Source of the DNA: Agathobacter sp.
Lineage (GTDB): Bacteria; Bacillota; Clostridia; Lachnospirales; Lachnospiraceae
DNA length: 64,000 bases
Reading direction: 5' to 3'
Assembly (NCBI GenBank): GCA_022772675.1
Contig: JALEZW010000015.1
Coordinates: 4,495 to 68,494 of the forward strand
Shown: piece by piece, positions 1 through 9,599 of the stretch
Layout of the letters: the number at the start of each line of letters is the position of its first letter
Position numbering within the stretch: position 1 is the first letter of the stretch
Made by a program: the position numbers and the translations under genes
Notes under the pieces: model-generated
Told to the model about the DNA's origin: nothing
Databases searched by the model: none
Seen by the model: the letters and a program-made list of their open reading frames with translations, nothing else

Positions 1-1402
1 CGGAAAAATATATGAGGAATCATATGATAAATTGATTTTGTCACCGGGAGCAAAACCGGTAATGCCGAATCTTCCGGGGATAGAAAATGAGAAGATTTTT
101 ACGTTACGAACAGTAGAAGATACATTGAAAATACGAAGCTTTGTAGAAGAAAAGAAACCCAAAACTGCAGTTATGGTTGGTGGTGGATTTATCGGACTTG
201 AGGTTGCGGAAAATCTATGTGACTTGGGTGTTAAAGTAACAGTTGTACAAAGACCGAAACAGCTGATGAATACACTGGATTACGATATGGCAACTCTTGT
301 ACATAACAAGCTACGCAGTAAAGGGATAAGTCTAAAGCTTGGCGGTGACGTAATCGGATTTGAGGAGAAGGAACAGTTACAGGTTCTTTTAAAAGGTGAT
401 GAGCCAATAAGTACCGATATGGTTCTAATGGCAATCGGTGTCAGCCCGGAAACTACACTTGCAAAAAAGGCAGGACTTGAACTTGGCATTAAGGGAGCGA
501 TTGTTGTAAATGATAAAATGGAAACATCCGTGCCGGATATTTATGCGGTAGGAGATGCAGTACAGGTAAAGCATACAGTTACGGGAAATAATGCGGTTAT
601 TTCTTTAGCAGGTCCTGCAAACAAGCAAGGCAGGATCGTGGCAGATAATATTTGCGGCTTAGACAGTCATTATAAAGGGAGCATGGGTTCTTCGGTTATC
701 AAGCTGTTTGATATGACAGCTGCAAGCACAGGGCTTACCGAAAAAGCAGCGAAAGATGCCGGAATAGATTATGAAAGAGTTGTTTTATCTCCGACTTCCC
801 ATGCTGGCTATTATCCCGGTGCAAAAGTCATGACAATGAAGGTAGTGTATGAAAAGAGTACTTTAAAAATCCTTGGAGCACAGATTGTGGGTTACGATGG
901 TGTCGATAAGCGATTGGATGTAATTGCAACAGCAATTAGTGCCGGTATGAAAGCAACAGAACTTAAGGATTTGGATTTGGCATATGCTCCGCCTTATTCC
1001 TCTGCAAAAGATCCGGTAAATATGGCTGGATTTATGATTGAGAATATTGAAAGCGGAATCGTAAAGCAGTTCCACTTTGACGAACTGGACAAGCTACCAA
1101 GAGATGGAAGTGTGACACTTCTTGATACAAGAACGCAAGGTGAATATGCAAGAGGTCATGTGAACGGATTTATCAATATTCCTGTAGATGATTTAAGAGA
1201 AAACATTGATAAGCTTGATAAGTCAAAACCAGTGTATGTGATGTGTCAAAGCGGATTAAGAAGCTATATATCCTGTAGAATTTTAGCCGGGGAAGGATTT
1301 GACTGTTACAATTTCTCAGGAGGATATCGTTTCTATGAGAATGTCATGAGGGAAACAAATTTGATAGAAGCATCACTTCCTTGTGGAATGGATAAGGAGT
1401 AG
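1..1402 (+). CDS. CoA-disulfide reductase / NADH oxidase-family flavoprotein with C-terminal rhodanese domain (5' partial)
   Basis: Reading frame is open from the window edge (GKIYEESYDKLILSPGAKP...). It has the Rossmann motif VMVGGGFIGLE, a pyridine-nucleotide-disulfide oxidoreductase core, and a C-terminal rhodanese module with active-site loop CQSGLRS. The N-terminus lies upstream of the window. Confidence 0.8.
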   Translation, partial: GKIYEESYDKLILSPGAKPVMPNLPGIENEKIFTLRTVEDTLKIRSFVEEKKPKTAVMVGGGFIGLEVAENLCDLGVKVTVVQRPKQLMNTLDYDMATLVHNKLRSKGISLKLGGDVIGFEEKEQLQVLLKGDEPISTDMVLMAIGVSPETTLAKKAGLELGIKGAIVVNDKMETSVPDIYAVGDAVQVKHTVTGNNAVISLAGPANKQGRIVADNICGLDSHYKGSMGSSVIKLFDMTAASTGLTEKAAKDAGIDYERVVLSPTSHAGYYPGAKVMTMKVVYEKSTLKILGAQIVGYDGVDKRLDVIATAISAGMKATELKDLDLAYAPPYSSAKDPVNMAGFMIENIESGIVKQFHFDELDKLPRDGSVTLLDTRTQGEYARGHVNGFINIPVDDLRENIDKLDKSKPVYVMCQSGLRSYISCRILAGEGFDCYNFSGGYRFYENVMRETNLIEASLPCGMDKE

Positions 1403-1405
1403 GGC

Positions 1406-1819
1406 ATGATGAAAAAAATACTGATTCTATGCATGACTTTTATATTTATCCTCACGGGATGTGGAAATACTGATTCTGTACAGAACACGGAACAAAAGAC
1501 AGGTTATAAACAGGTTTCCATGGAAGAAGGACTTGAGCTTATGAAGGAAGATTCGGGATATATTCTCTTGGATGTCAGAAGAACAGATGAGTTTGAAGAA
1601 GGACATATTCCCGGAGCAATCAATATTCCGAATGAATCCATTGGAAAAGAAGAGATTGCGGAACTTCCGGATAAGGATCAGACCATATATGTCTATTGCC
1701 GAAGCGGAAACAGAAGTAAGCAGGCTTCACAGAAGCTTGTGGACTTAGGGTATACAAATGTTATTGAATTTGGAGGCATAATTGACTATTCCGGAGAAAT
1801 AGAGAAGGGTAGACAATAG
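1406..1819 (+). CDS. rhodanese-domain lipoprotein
   Basis: Hydrophobic signal peptide ending in lipobox LTGC, and a rhodanese active-site loop YCRSGNRS. Starts 3 nt after the upstream stop. Confidence 0.75.
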   Translation: MMKKILILCMTFIFILTGCGNTDSVQNTEQKTGYKQVSMEEGLELMKEDSGYILLDVRRTDEFEEGHIPGAINIPNESIGKEEIAELPDKDQTIYVYCRSGNRSKQASQKLVDLGYTNVIEFGGIIDYSGEIEKGRQ

Positions 1820-1852
1820 CTTTTCATAATAAAACAAAAGGAGGTATTTTCT

Positions 1853-2488
1853 ATGAAGTATGTTTGTCAGATTTGTGGCTATGTCTACGATGATGCCAAA
1901 GAAAAAGTCCCATTTGAAGAATTGCCGGATGATTGGAAGTGCCCACTATGTGGTGCGGCAAAATCAGATTTTAAACCGGAAGCAAATGGTGACGAAAAGA
2001 AAGTAGTTACTGCCATAGAGCCAATGGATGCAGATTTAGAGAAACTTTCAGCAGGACAACTGGCAGCACTTTGTTCTAATCTTGCAAGAGGCTGTGAGAA
2101 ACAGTACAAGCAGGAAGAAGCAGATTTATTTAAGCAGTTAGCAGATTATTTTACCGCAGTTGTACCGACGGTAAATGATGCATCCGTTGAAAAACTCGCC
2201 AAAGAGCTTCAAACAGATGCAAACAATTATGCAGCCGTAAGAGCTACTGCAGATGCAAATGCAGACAGGGGTGCTGCAAGAGTATGTGTATGGGGTGAAA
2301 AGGTTACAAGAATGCTTTCATCATTAGTGAATCGTTATTTGAATGAAGGTGAAGCGATGTTAAAAGACACCAATATCTGGGTATGTACGACATGTGGATT
2401 TGTTTACATAGGTGATACAGCTCCGGAACTTTGCCCGGTTTGTAAGGTACCGGATTGGAAATTTGAGAAAATAGAAGGGAGAGCATAA
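1853..2488 (+). CDS. rubredoxin-domain protein (rubredoxin / helical core / Cys4 knuckle)
   Basis: N-terminal canonical rubredoxin (CQICG...CPLCG), C-terminal rubrerythrin-type Cys4 (CTTCG...CPVC), and a helical middle part. AAGGAGG RBS upstream. Confidence 0.7.
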   Translation: MKYVCQICGYVYDDAKEKVPFEELPDDWKCPLCGAAKSDFKPEANGDEKKVVTAIEPMDADLEKLSAGQLAALCSNLARGCEKQYKQEEADLFKQLADYFTAVVPTVNDASVEKLAKELQTDANNYAAVRATADANADRGAARVCVWGEKVTRMLSSLVNRYLNEGEAMLKDTNIWVCTTCGFVYIGDTAPELCPVCKVPDWKFEKIEGRA

Positions 2489-2490
2489 TC

Positions 2491-3672
2491 ATGGATGAAA
2501 AAGTAGCTGTAAGAAATCTAAGACTTTGTACCAAAGATTGTCTGTGTCTTTATGTTTGCCCTGTTGGAGCTACAGACACAGAAAACAGTGTGATTGATGT
2601 AGATAAGTGTATTGGTTGTGGAATGTGTGCACAGGCTTGTCCGAGTGGTGCAATTTCCATGGTGCCAAAGGATTATCCTGCACAACAGCCAAAGACAAAT
2701 CAGGTGAAATCAGTGCTGAATAAGACTGCACAGGCAAAAGCGGATGAAGAAAAGGAAGCACTTCAAATAGCAGAAGCTACTGATAAAGATGGATTGTACC
2801 GTTTGATGAAAGCGGTAGCAAAATCAGAAAGACTGGTAGCTGAAGACATTATGAGAGAAGCTGGATATATGCTTCCTCAGAGCAACAATACACATGAGCT
2901 TTTAGAGGATTTGATTGCAAATCCACCGACCAAAGATTTTCCTGTGGATGTTGCAAGAAAGTTATTAGAAATGATTCCAAACAACGAAAAAAATAATATT
3001 AAGAAAGAAGGAAAGACTATGAAGAAATGGGTATGTACAGTATGTGGTTATGTTCATGAAGGAGAGGAGGCACCACAGCAGTGCCCTGTTTGCAAACAGC
3101 CAAAGGAAAAGTTTAAGTTAATGGAAGAAGAGAAGAAGAATCCTTATGCAGGAACTCAGACAGAGAAAAATCTTGAGGCTGCTTTTGCAGGAGAATCTCA
3201 GGCAAGAAACAAGTATACATATTTTGCTTCTGTTGCCAAGAAGGAGGGCTATGAGCAGATGGCAGCATTGTTCTTAAAGACAGCTGACAACGAAAAAGAA
3301 CACGCAAAGATGTGGTTCAAGGAATTGAATGGTTTAGGCGATACACCTGCTAACTTAAAAGCAGCGGCTGACGGTGAAAACTATGAGTGGACAGATATGT
3401 ACGAAGATTTTGCTAAAACTGCTGAAGCGGAAGGATTCACAGCTCTTGCAGCAAAATTCCGTATGGTAGGTGCTATCGAGAAACATCATGAGGAAAGATA
3501 CCGCGCACTTCTTAAGAATATTGAGACTGCACAGGTATTTGAAAAGAGTGAAGTGAAGGTATGGGAGTGCCGTAATTGTGGTCACATCGTAGTTGGCACA
3601 AAGGCACCTGAGGTTTGCCCTGTATGTGCACACCCACAGTCATACTTTGAAGTAAATGCAGAGAATTACTAA
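2491..3672 (+). CDS. 4Fe-4S ferredoxin / rubredoxin / rubrerythrin fusion protein
   Basis: Contains [12 protein letters not shown] ferredoxin motif, internal CTVCG...CPVC knuckles, a ferritin-like rubrerythrin core ([30 protein letters not shown]) and C-terminal CRNCG...CPVC. Confidence 0.8.
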   Translation: MDEKVAVRNLRLCTKDCLCLYVCPVGATDTENSVIDVDKCIGCGMCAQACPSGAISMVPKDYPAQQPKTNQVKSVLNKTAQAKADEEKEALQIAEATDKDGLYRLMKAVAKSERLVAEDIMREAGYMLPQSNNTHELLEDLIANPPTKDFPVDVARKLLEMIPNNEKNNIKKEGKTMKKWVCTVCGYVHEGEEAPQQCPVCKQPKEKFKLMEEEKKNPYAGTQTEKNLEAAFAGESQARNKYTYFASVAKKEGYEQMAALFLKTADNEKEHAKMWFKELNGLGDTPANLKAAADGENYEWTDMYEDFAKTAEAEGFTALAAKFRMVGAIEKHHEERYRALLKNIETAQVFEKSEVKVWECRNCGHIVVGTKAPEVCPVCAHPQSYFEVNAENY

Positions 3673-3698
3673 AAAATGAATTTAAGGAGATATAATTT

Positions 3699-4073
3699 AT
3701 GGAACAAAGATTTTATATATGTGAGCATTGTGGGAATATTATTGCAATGGTAAAGGACTCTGGTGTACCGGTAATGTGCTGTGGTCAGAAAATGACAGAG
3801 ATTATTCCTGGTACATCTGATGGTGCAGTAGAAAAGCATCTTCCAGAATGGACTGTGGAAGGTAATACAGTAAAGGTTTCTGTTGGTTCAGTAGAGCATC
3901 CAATGGTAGAAGCTCATTATATTGAATGGGTATCTTTACAGACAAAATCCGGAAATCAAAGAAAGGTGTTAAAGCCAGGTGATGCACCAGAAGTATGCTT
4001 TGCCATTTCTGAAGGTGATGAAGCAGAAGCTGTATATGCTTACTGCAACCTTCATGGATTATGGAAATCATAA
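3699..4073 (+). CDS. dfx: desulfoferrodoxin (2Fe superoxide reductase)
   Basis: 124 aa with an N-terminal desulforedoxin-type site CEHCGN...CCG and C-terminal SOR centre II histidines plus CNLHG. AGGAG RBS. Confidence 0.85.
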   Translation: MEQRFYICEHCGNIIAMVKDSGVPVMCCGQKMTEIIPGTSDGAVEKHLPEWTVEGNTVKVSVGSVEHPMVEAHYIEWVSLQTKSGNQRKVLKPGDAPEVCFAISEGDEAEAVYAYCNLHGLWKS

Positions 4074-4096
4074 TGATATGTCTTGATTGATATGTA

Positions 4097-4129
4097 AACG
4101 GCTGCAACTTATATGTTGTGGCCGTTTTT
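4097..4129 (+). terminator. probable intrinsic terminator after dfx
   Basis: Hairpin AACGGCTGCAAC / GTTGTGGCCGTT (one G-U pair) followed by TTTT. Confidence 0.5.
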
Positions 4130-4180
4130 GCGGATAATATAAAGGAGAATTGATAAGGTAAAAGCAAATAGAACTAATTA

Positions 4181-4232
4181 TAGTCTCACTAGTCTCAAAT
4201 TACTATGAGACTGGTGAGACTAAGATGAGACT
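4181..4232. repeat. array of TAGTCTCA / TGAGACT heptamer-octamer repeats (2 forward, 3 inverted)
   Basis: TAGTCTCA occurs at 4181 and 4190; TGAGACT occurs at 4206, 4215 and 4226. Positions 4181-4197 and 4206-4222 form a 17-bp stem with one wobble. Confidence 0.6.
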
Positions 4233-4268
4233 GACTAAAGTAAAATGTTTTCCCAACTTGGGGAATAA

Positions 4269-4883
4269 TTAATTAAATTCATTCATCGCATCCACATAAT
4301 CCTGCAATCCTTTTTCTTTCAATGCTAGCTTGGCATATAGTAGAGGTGCTTCTTCTGCCAACCGGTATAGATATACAATATCAGCCGGGACATCAAAGAT
4401 AACAGAGGAATTATATTCTTTGCAACAGATAACAAGAATTGCGTTCTCGCCGGTATTGATGATAATGGAGTCTGTGGCGGGTTCGTACATACCGAAATGA
4501 AAATTAAGATTGTTGTTCATGGCGATCTCCCCCCACAGATATTTTGCACCATCCAGTAGGTCAATATTAGCTGTTAGCATATTGGTGTATTCAGTTTGTA
4601 ATTCTCTTATGTCTTCCGAAGAAGGAAGTGTATCTTGAATGTCACCAGTTGTGGTAAATGCCTTCTGCATTTCAAGTAATTGCAGATACAATGCATTTAT
4701 GGTCTGTACCAAAGGATATATCGTTTCTTTCTTACCGAAAACGCAGATGCGGTTGTAGATGCAGGAACGGACGAAGTAATCTTTCTTCATCATTCCGCTG
4801 GCAAGAATCCGTGCTTCAATTTGTTTGCGTTCAGCGTCAGTAATTCTGAAGCTAATGGTTGGGTTTTTATGTTGATTGCTCAT
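4269..4883 (-). CDS. ribbon-helix-helix (MobC/CopG-like N-terminus) protein with an uncharacterised C-terminal domain
   Basis: The ATG at 4883 is preceded by AGGAG, whereas the longer ORF-track start at 4955 has no RBS. ISFRITDAERKQIEARILASGMMKKDYFVRSCI resembles RHH mobilisation and CopG proteins. The C-terminal roughly 90 aa have no recognisable motif. Confidence 0.55.
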   Translation of the reverse strand: MSNQHKNPTISFRITDAERKQIEARILASGMMKKDYFVRSCIYNRICVFGKKETIYPLVQTINALYLQLLEMQKAFTTTGDIQDTLPSSEDIRELQTEYTNMLTANIDLLDGAKYLWGEIAMNNNLNFHFGMYEPATDSIIINTGENAILVICCKEYNSSVIFDVPADIVYLYRLAEEAPLLYAKLALKEKGLQDYVDAMNEFN

Positions 4884-5303
4884 GGTATAGCTCCTTTCGT
4901 TTGGCTGTGGCAGCAGGTGTAATAGATAACCTGACAGCCACAGGAATTTATTCATTGTGAGTAATAAAAAGTAGATTATATCAAGCCGATGGAAAATTAT
5001 CGCTGCAGATACAGCAACTAATTTGCTACTAAAAGTATTAAAAACGATGTGAAAAGAGCGATATTTTGCGAAATAGAAGTGCCGAAAATGCAGGAAATAT
5101 CAGCATTTATGAGTTGTCGAAAAAAACTCGGGAAGAGTTTGAACAGTATTTATCTACGAGTGTGGAAATTTAGTGTTCCAAAATCGGAACTGTTATGATA
5201 TAATACGAAATTGTATCAAACTCTTTTTTAAATGTGTAGTAAATATAGACAGAAAGGCGAAAATCCTTGAAAATAAGGGATTTTCAGACAGGTATAAGAT
5301 AAA

Positions 5304-6404
5304 ATGAAACTAGGAATCGTTGGACTTCCGAACGTAGGAAAAAGTACATTATTTAACTCGCTCACCAAGGCAGGAGCAGAATCCGCCAACTACCCCTTTT
5401 GTACGATTGACCCCAATGTGGGAATTGTAGCAGTACCGGATGAGCGGATTAAAAAGCTTGGAGACCTTTACCATACAAAAAAGGTAACGCCTGCCACCAT
5501 TGAGTTTGTGGATATCGCGGGACTTGTAAAGGGAGCCAGCAAGGGAGAGGGCCTTGGCAACCAGTTTCTTGCCAATATCCGAGAGGTGGATGCCATTGTA
5601 CATGTGGTGCGCTGCTTTGAGGATTCCAATATTGTTCATGTGGATGGAAGCATTGATCCAGCGCGTGATATTGAGACCATTAATCTGGAACTTATTTTTT
5701 CAGATATCGAGATTCTGGAGAGAAGAATTGCAAAAGTGGCAAAACAGGCCAGAATGGATAAGACATTAGCCAAAGAGCTGGAACTTTTGCAGGGACTTAA
5801 GAGCCATCTGGAGGATGGAAAGATGGCACGTACCTATGAGCTTCCGGAGGATGAGGATCTGGAGCTCTGGTATAAAGGATATAATCTTCTGACAGCAAAG
5901 CCTACGATCTATGCTGCAAATGTGGCGGAGGATGATCTGGCTGATGATGGAGCAAATAATCCGTTTGTGGCATCCGTCCGTGAGAAAGCTAATGAGGAGG
6001 GCAGCGAAGTATTCGTTGTCTGTGCCCAGATTGAAGAGGAAATCTCCGAGCTGGATGATGACGAGAAGGCAATGTTTTTGGAGGATCTGGGATTAAAAGA
6101 GTCCGGACTGGACAAATTAATCAAGGCAAGCTACAGCCTTCTGGGACTTATTTCCTTCCTGACGGCAGGAGAGGATGAGTGCCGCGCATGGACCATTAAA
6201 AAGGGCACAAAAGCTCCACAGGCGGCCGGAAAGATACACACAGATTTTGAGCGTGGATTTATTAAGGCTGAGGTTGTAAATTATGAGGATCTGTTAGAGT
6301 GCGGAAGTCTCTCAGCTGCCAGGGAAAAGGGAATTGTCGGTCTGGAAGGTAAGGATTATGTGGTAAAGGACGGGGACGTAATACTGTTTAGGTTTAACGT
6401 CTGA
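5304..6404 (+). CDS. ychF: redox-regulated ATPase YchF
   Basis: [10 protein letters not shown]-loop, 366 aa, and the characteristic C-terminal TGS-like FIKAEV...[11 protein letters not shown]. Confidence 0.95.
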   Translation: MKLGIVGLPNVGKSTLFNSLTKAGAESANYPFCTIDPNVGIVAVPDERIKKLGDLYHTKKVTPATIEFVDIAGLVKGASKGEGLGNQFLANIREVDAIVHVVRCFEDSNIVHVDGSIDPARDIETINLELIFSDIEILERRIAKVAKQARMDKTLAKELELLQGLKSHLEDGKMARTYELPEDEDLELWYKGYNLLTAKPTIYAANVAEDDLADDGANNPFVASVREKANEEGSEVFVVCAQIEEEISELDDDEKAMFLEDLGLKESGLDKLIKASYSLLGLISFLTAGEDECRAWTIKKGTKAPQAAGKIHTDFERGFIKAEVVNYEDLLECGSLSAAREKGIVGLEGKDYVVKDGDVILFRFNV

Positions 6405-6569
6405 AATATTCTTATTTTCATACGCACATGAAAGAAAAGATACATAGTTCGAAAAAACTTGAATATAATGATGATACGAGGGTCAATGGGTCAGAACTCG
6501 TTCCTGCTTGCAGGATAAGAGTTCTGACCTGTTGATTCTGTAAGAAGTAATGAATAAAAGGAAGATGTC

Positions 6570-6830
6570 ATGCGTTTTTCAGAATTATGTGAAAAGGAAG
6601 TCATTAATGTGGGGGACTGCCGCTGTCTGGGAAGTGTCAGGGATTTGGATATTGACAAGGAATGTGGCAGGATTCTTGCGCTTATTGTACCGGGACCGGG
6701 AAAATATCTTGGATGTTTTTGCCGGGATAGTGAATTTTTTATTCCGTGGACTAAAGTTATTCGGATTGGACCCGATATAATACTTGTAGACTTTGATGAA
6801 AAAGAGATGAAACGTCGGATACAGAAATAA
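6570..6830 (+). CDS. YlmC/YmxH-family sporulation protein (PRC barrel)
   Basis: 86 aa; MRFSELCEKEVINVGDCRCLGSVRDLDID... is typical of the family. AGGAAG RBS. Confidence 0.8.
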   Translation: MRFSELCEKEVINVGDCRCLGSVRDLDIDKECGRILALIVPGPGKYLGCFCRDSEFFIPWTKVIRIGPDIILVDFDEKEMKRRIQK

Positions 6831-6853
6831 GGGAAGAACAGGAGGAGCGTTTC

Positions 6854-7303
6854 ATGAAATGTCCGTTTTGCAGCAGTGAAAATACAAGAGTCATCGATTC
6901 CAGACCGGCGGATGACAACAATTCAATTCGCAGGCGCAGACTCTGTGATGACTGTGGCAAGCGTTTTACCACTTATGAGAAGGTTGAAACGATTCCGCTG
7001 ATTATCATTAAAAAAGATAACAACCGTGAGCAGTATGACCGGGCGAAGATTGAAAAAGGTGTACTGCTTGCCTGTCATAAACGCCCGATTTCCGTAGAAC
7101 AGATTACGAAGCTTGTGGATGAAGTGGAAGTCGAGATTTTTAACAGAGAGGAAAAGGAAATCCCAAGTTCCTTGATCGGCGAGATTCTTATGGATAAATT
7201 AAAGGATTTAGATCCGGTTGCCTATGTGCGTTTTGCATCGGTATACCGTGAATTTAAGGATGTGAACACTTTTATGAATGAGCTGAAAAAAATGCTGGGA
7301 TAA
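6854..7303 (+). CDS. nrdR: transcriptional repressor NrdR
   Basis: Zn-ribbon MKCPFCSS...CDDCGKRFTTYE followed by an ATP-cone. Confidence 0.95.
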   Translation: MKCPFCSSENTRVIDSRPADDNNSIRRRRLCDDCGKRFTTYEKVETIPLIIIKKDNNREQYDRAKIEKGVLLACHKRPISVEQITKLVDEVEVEIFNREEKEIPSSLIGEILMDKLKDLDPVAYVRFASVYREFKDVNTFMNELKKMLG

Positions 7304-7368
7304 GAGTGATGGAGTTTAGTGAACAGCAGGGATCATGGATTAGATTTATTTTGTAGTCGGAGGCAGAT

Positions 7369-7776
7369 ATGAATATTTCAGGAATGCGCCCCTATGCGGG
7401 CTTTTATGACTACAATTCCATAAAGGCGGTGGAGCTTCGCAGCCGGCAGGTTGCAGCGGCAAAGGATGATTTACTTTCCGGGGAGAATTCGAAAGAAGAA
7501 ACCAGGGGTGAGGAATTCGGGTGGAACGGACCCAGGCAGGATTATACTTCTTATGATTATGCTAAGACCTACCGGCCGGATGAAACTTACGAGTTAAAAG
7601 GTGAGGAAAGTGATATAACCAGTCTGGATATTCAGAAAGCGATTTCTGATATGGAAAAGGATCAGGTTCTCAGACAGTACCAGTATTTTGTGGGGACAAA
7701 GGATTCCGGCATAAAGAAAGCGGTTTCAGAACAGATACAGCCATCCATGAGATCCGGAGAAAACTTTAGTTTGTAG
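7369..7776 (+). CDS. hypothetical protein
   Basis: 135-aa ORF with a GGAGG RBS. Acidic and polar composition, no TM segment, no recognisable motif. Confidence 0.5.
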   Translation: MNISGMRPYAGFYDYNSIKAVELRSRQVAAAKDDLLSGENSKEETRGEEFGWNGPRQDYTSYDYAKTYRPDETYELKGEESDITSLDIQKAISDMEKDQVLRQYQYFVGTKDSGIKKAVSEQIQPSMRSGENFSL

Positions 7777-7810
7777 TACATAAAATGAACAACAGGAAGG
7801 AGAAAGGGCG

Positions 7811-8359
7811 ATGCGCTCATTTCTTTATCCGGATGAGTATCTGGATTCCACTTACAGCATTGATTTTGACAAATTGTATAATGAGGGATACCGTGGTATT
7901 ATTTTTGATATTGACAACACACTGGTTCCCCATGGAGCGCCTGCTGATGAGCGGGCGATTTCTTTGTTCCGGCATTTGAAAGAGACAGGCTTTTCCTGTA
8001 TGCTTTTGTCCAACAATAAAGAGCCCCGGGTCAAAATGTTTAATGATGCGGTGCAGGTTGAATATATCTATAAGGCCGGGAAGCCTAAACCTTCCGGCTA
8101 CCGCAGGGCGATGGAGAAAATGGGAACAGATACAGGGAATACCATCTTCGTTGGAGACCAGATATTTACGGATGTCCTTGGGGCGAATCTGGCCGGAATC
8201 CGTACGATTTTAGTGAAACCAATTAATCCCAGAGAGGAAATCCAGATTGTGCTGAAGCGGTATCTGGAGGCTGTAGTTCTATTCTTTTATAAAATTCACA
8301 GAAAAAGAGAAAAGGCCGGGAAGAAAGTCCGGATAAATACACCAAAAAATGGGCGGTAG
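7811..8359 (+). CDS. YqeG-family HAD-IIIA phosphatase
   Basis: HAD motif I FDIDNT, LLSNN, and GDQIFTDVLGAN; length is typical of YqeG. Confidence 0.85.
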   Translation: MRSFLYPDEYLDSTYSIDFDKLYNEGYRGIIFDIDNTLVPHGAPADERAISLFRHLKETGFSCMLLSNNKEPRVKMFNDAVQVEYIYKAGKPKPSGYRRAMEKMGTDTGNTIFVGDQIFTDVLGANLAGIRTILVKPINPREEIQIVLKRYLEAVVLFFYKIHRKREKAGKKVRINTPKNGR

Positions 8360-8388
8360 GAATTGTTTTCCTATACGCCCATTTTTTC
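8345..8388. terminator. bidirectional hairpin between convergent genes
   Basis: AAAAAATGGGCGGTAGGAA...TTCCTATACGCCCATTTTTT: a stem flanked by an A-run and a T-run. Confidence 0.5.
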
Positions 8389-8429
8389 GTGTTATGCGCG
8401 GAGCAACGGAGCCCCTGTATCATATCATT

Positions 8430-9599
8430 TTATGCCAGGGAATTCTTCTCCTGCTGTCTGTTCACTGCCAGATAGACAGCGAAGATTGCAGCAAAGAACA
8501 GAACCTGTATGCCGATGCACATCCGGTAGGTGTTCATGGAGAGGGCCTCATCGGAAAATCCTGCAAGCATATTTGTGATGCGGATATACCAGTAGGCAGG
8601 AAGAAACCGGGAGAAACTGATGACCCCGCTGCCTAAAAATTGCTGGGGAACAAAGATGCCGCACAAAAAGCTCATGCCAAGACCGATGACATTGGATACC
8701 ATATTGATGGTATTGCCATTCAGCGGGAAGGAACTGACCAGCAGAGTCAGTGCCGTGGAAATTAATGTAAACACCAGACTGTTTAACAGGCACAGCAGAC
8801 CGTTCTGGCTGAAGACCTGTGCAGGTTTGTAGAGAATCACGCTGGTAATGGCAAAAAGCAGCCAGATACCGAGACTGTAGGTGATGCAGCCCAGACCAAT
8901 CTGGGTATTTTTACTGTGCATATGCAGGGAAGAGCAGTTGATCCGGGCGGACAGGTCCTTTTGACGGAAGGCAATCAGCACAGGGGAAAGTCCCTCCAAA
9001 AGCATCATAATCAGCACATAGGGCAGATACTGGAAAAAGTAGTACATCCCTTCCCCGGCGTTGTTTGATTTCCTGTCAAACTGCAGGGAGGTGATTTCCG
9101 GGGAGGATGAAAAGGCATCATCCGTCTGCTTTATGGCTTCGTCGATCTCTGCGCCGCCTGTGATGGAAAGGGAAAGTGCCCGGATGTAACTGTCAATCTG
9201 CTGGTCTACAAAGTAGCCGCTGGCACTGTCTGCCCTTTTGGAGGTCTCCACCTGTGGATTCTTACCGGAAAGAAGCTGCTTTTCAAAGCCCTCCGGAATG
9301 GTCAGTACATAGCTGATGGTCTGGTAGAACAGATTGTCCTGCAGTGTCTCCTTGTCATAGGAGTCGAAGGTTACCGGCGTATGGACAGAGGTCAGGTAAT
9401 CATAGAGTGCAGTGCTTGCGGTACTCTGATCCTTGTCGATGATGCAGATGTCTACGGAGGAAACCTCAAATTTTTGTTGATTGTCTTTGACCGCTGTGGT
9501 ACTCATGATGATGGTCAGTACAAGAAAGACAATAAAATACACCATAGATGAGAACAGCTTTGATTTTGCGATTTTAAAAAAGGTCTTATATACTTGCAT
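8430..9599 (-). CDS. ABC-2 type transporter permease
   Basis: N-terminal TM, a large extracytoplasmic loop, then a cluster of 5-6 TM segments. AGGAGG RBS. Overlaps the upstream permease stop. Confidence 0.75.
   Translation of the reverse strand: MQVYKTFFKIAKSKLFSSMVYFIVFLVLTIIMSTTAVKDNQQKFEVSSVDICIIDKDQSTASTALYDYLTSVHTPVTFDSYDKETLQDNLFYQTISYVLTIPEGFEKQLLSGKNPQVETSKRADSASGYFVDQQIDSYIRALSLSITGGAEIDEAIKQTDDAFSSSPEITSLQFDRKSNNAGEGMYYFFQYLPYVLIMMLLEGLSPVLIAFRQKDLSARINCSSLHMHSKNTQIGLGCITYSLGIWLLFAITSVILYKPAQVFSQNGLLCLLNSLVFTLISTALTLLVSSFPLNGNTINMVSNVIGLGMSFLCGIFVPQQFLGSGVISFSRFLPAYWYIRITNMLAGFSDEALSMNTYRMCIGIQVLFFAAIFAVYLAVNRQQEKNSLA

Noticed and set aside
4884-4955. 24-codon N-terminal extension of the RHH gene in the ORF track
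   Set aside because: The internal ATG at 4883 has an AGGAG RBS at proper spacing, and homologous RHH proteins begin right at the beta-strand. The extension has no RBS.
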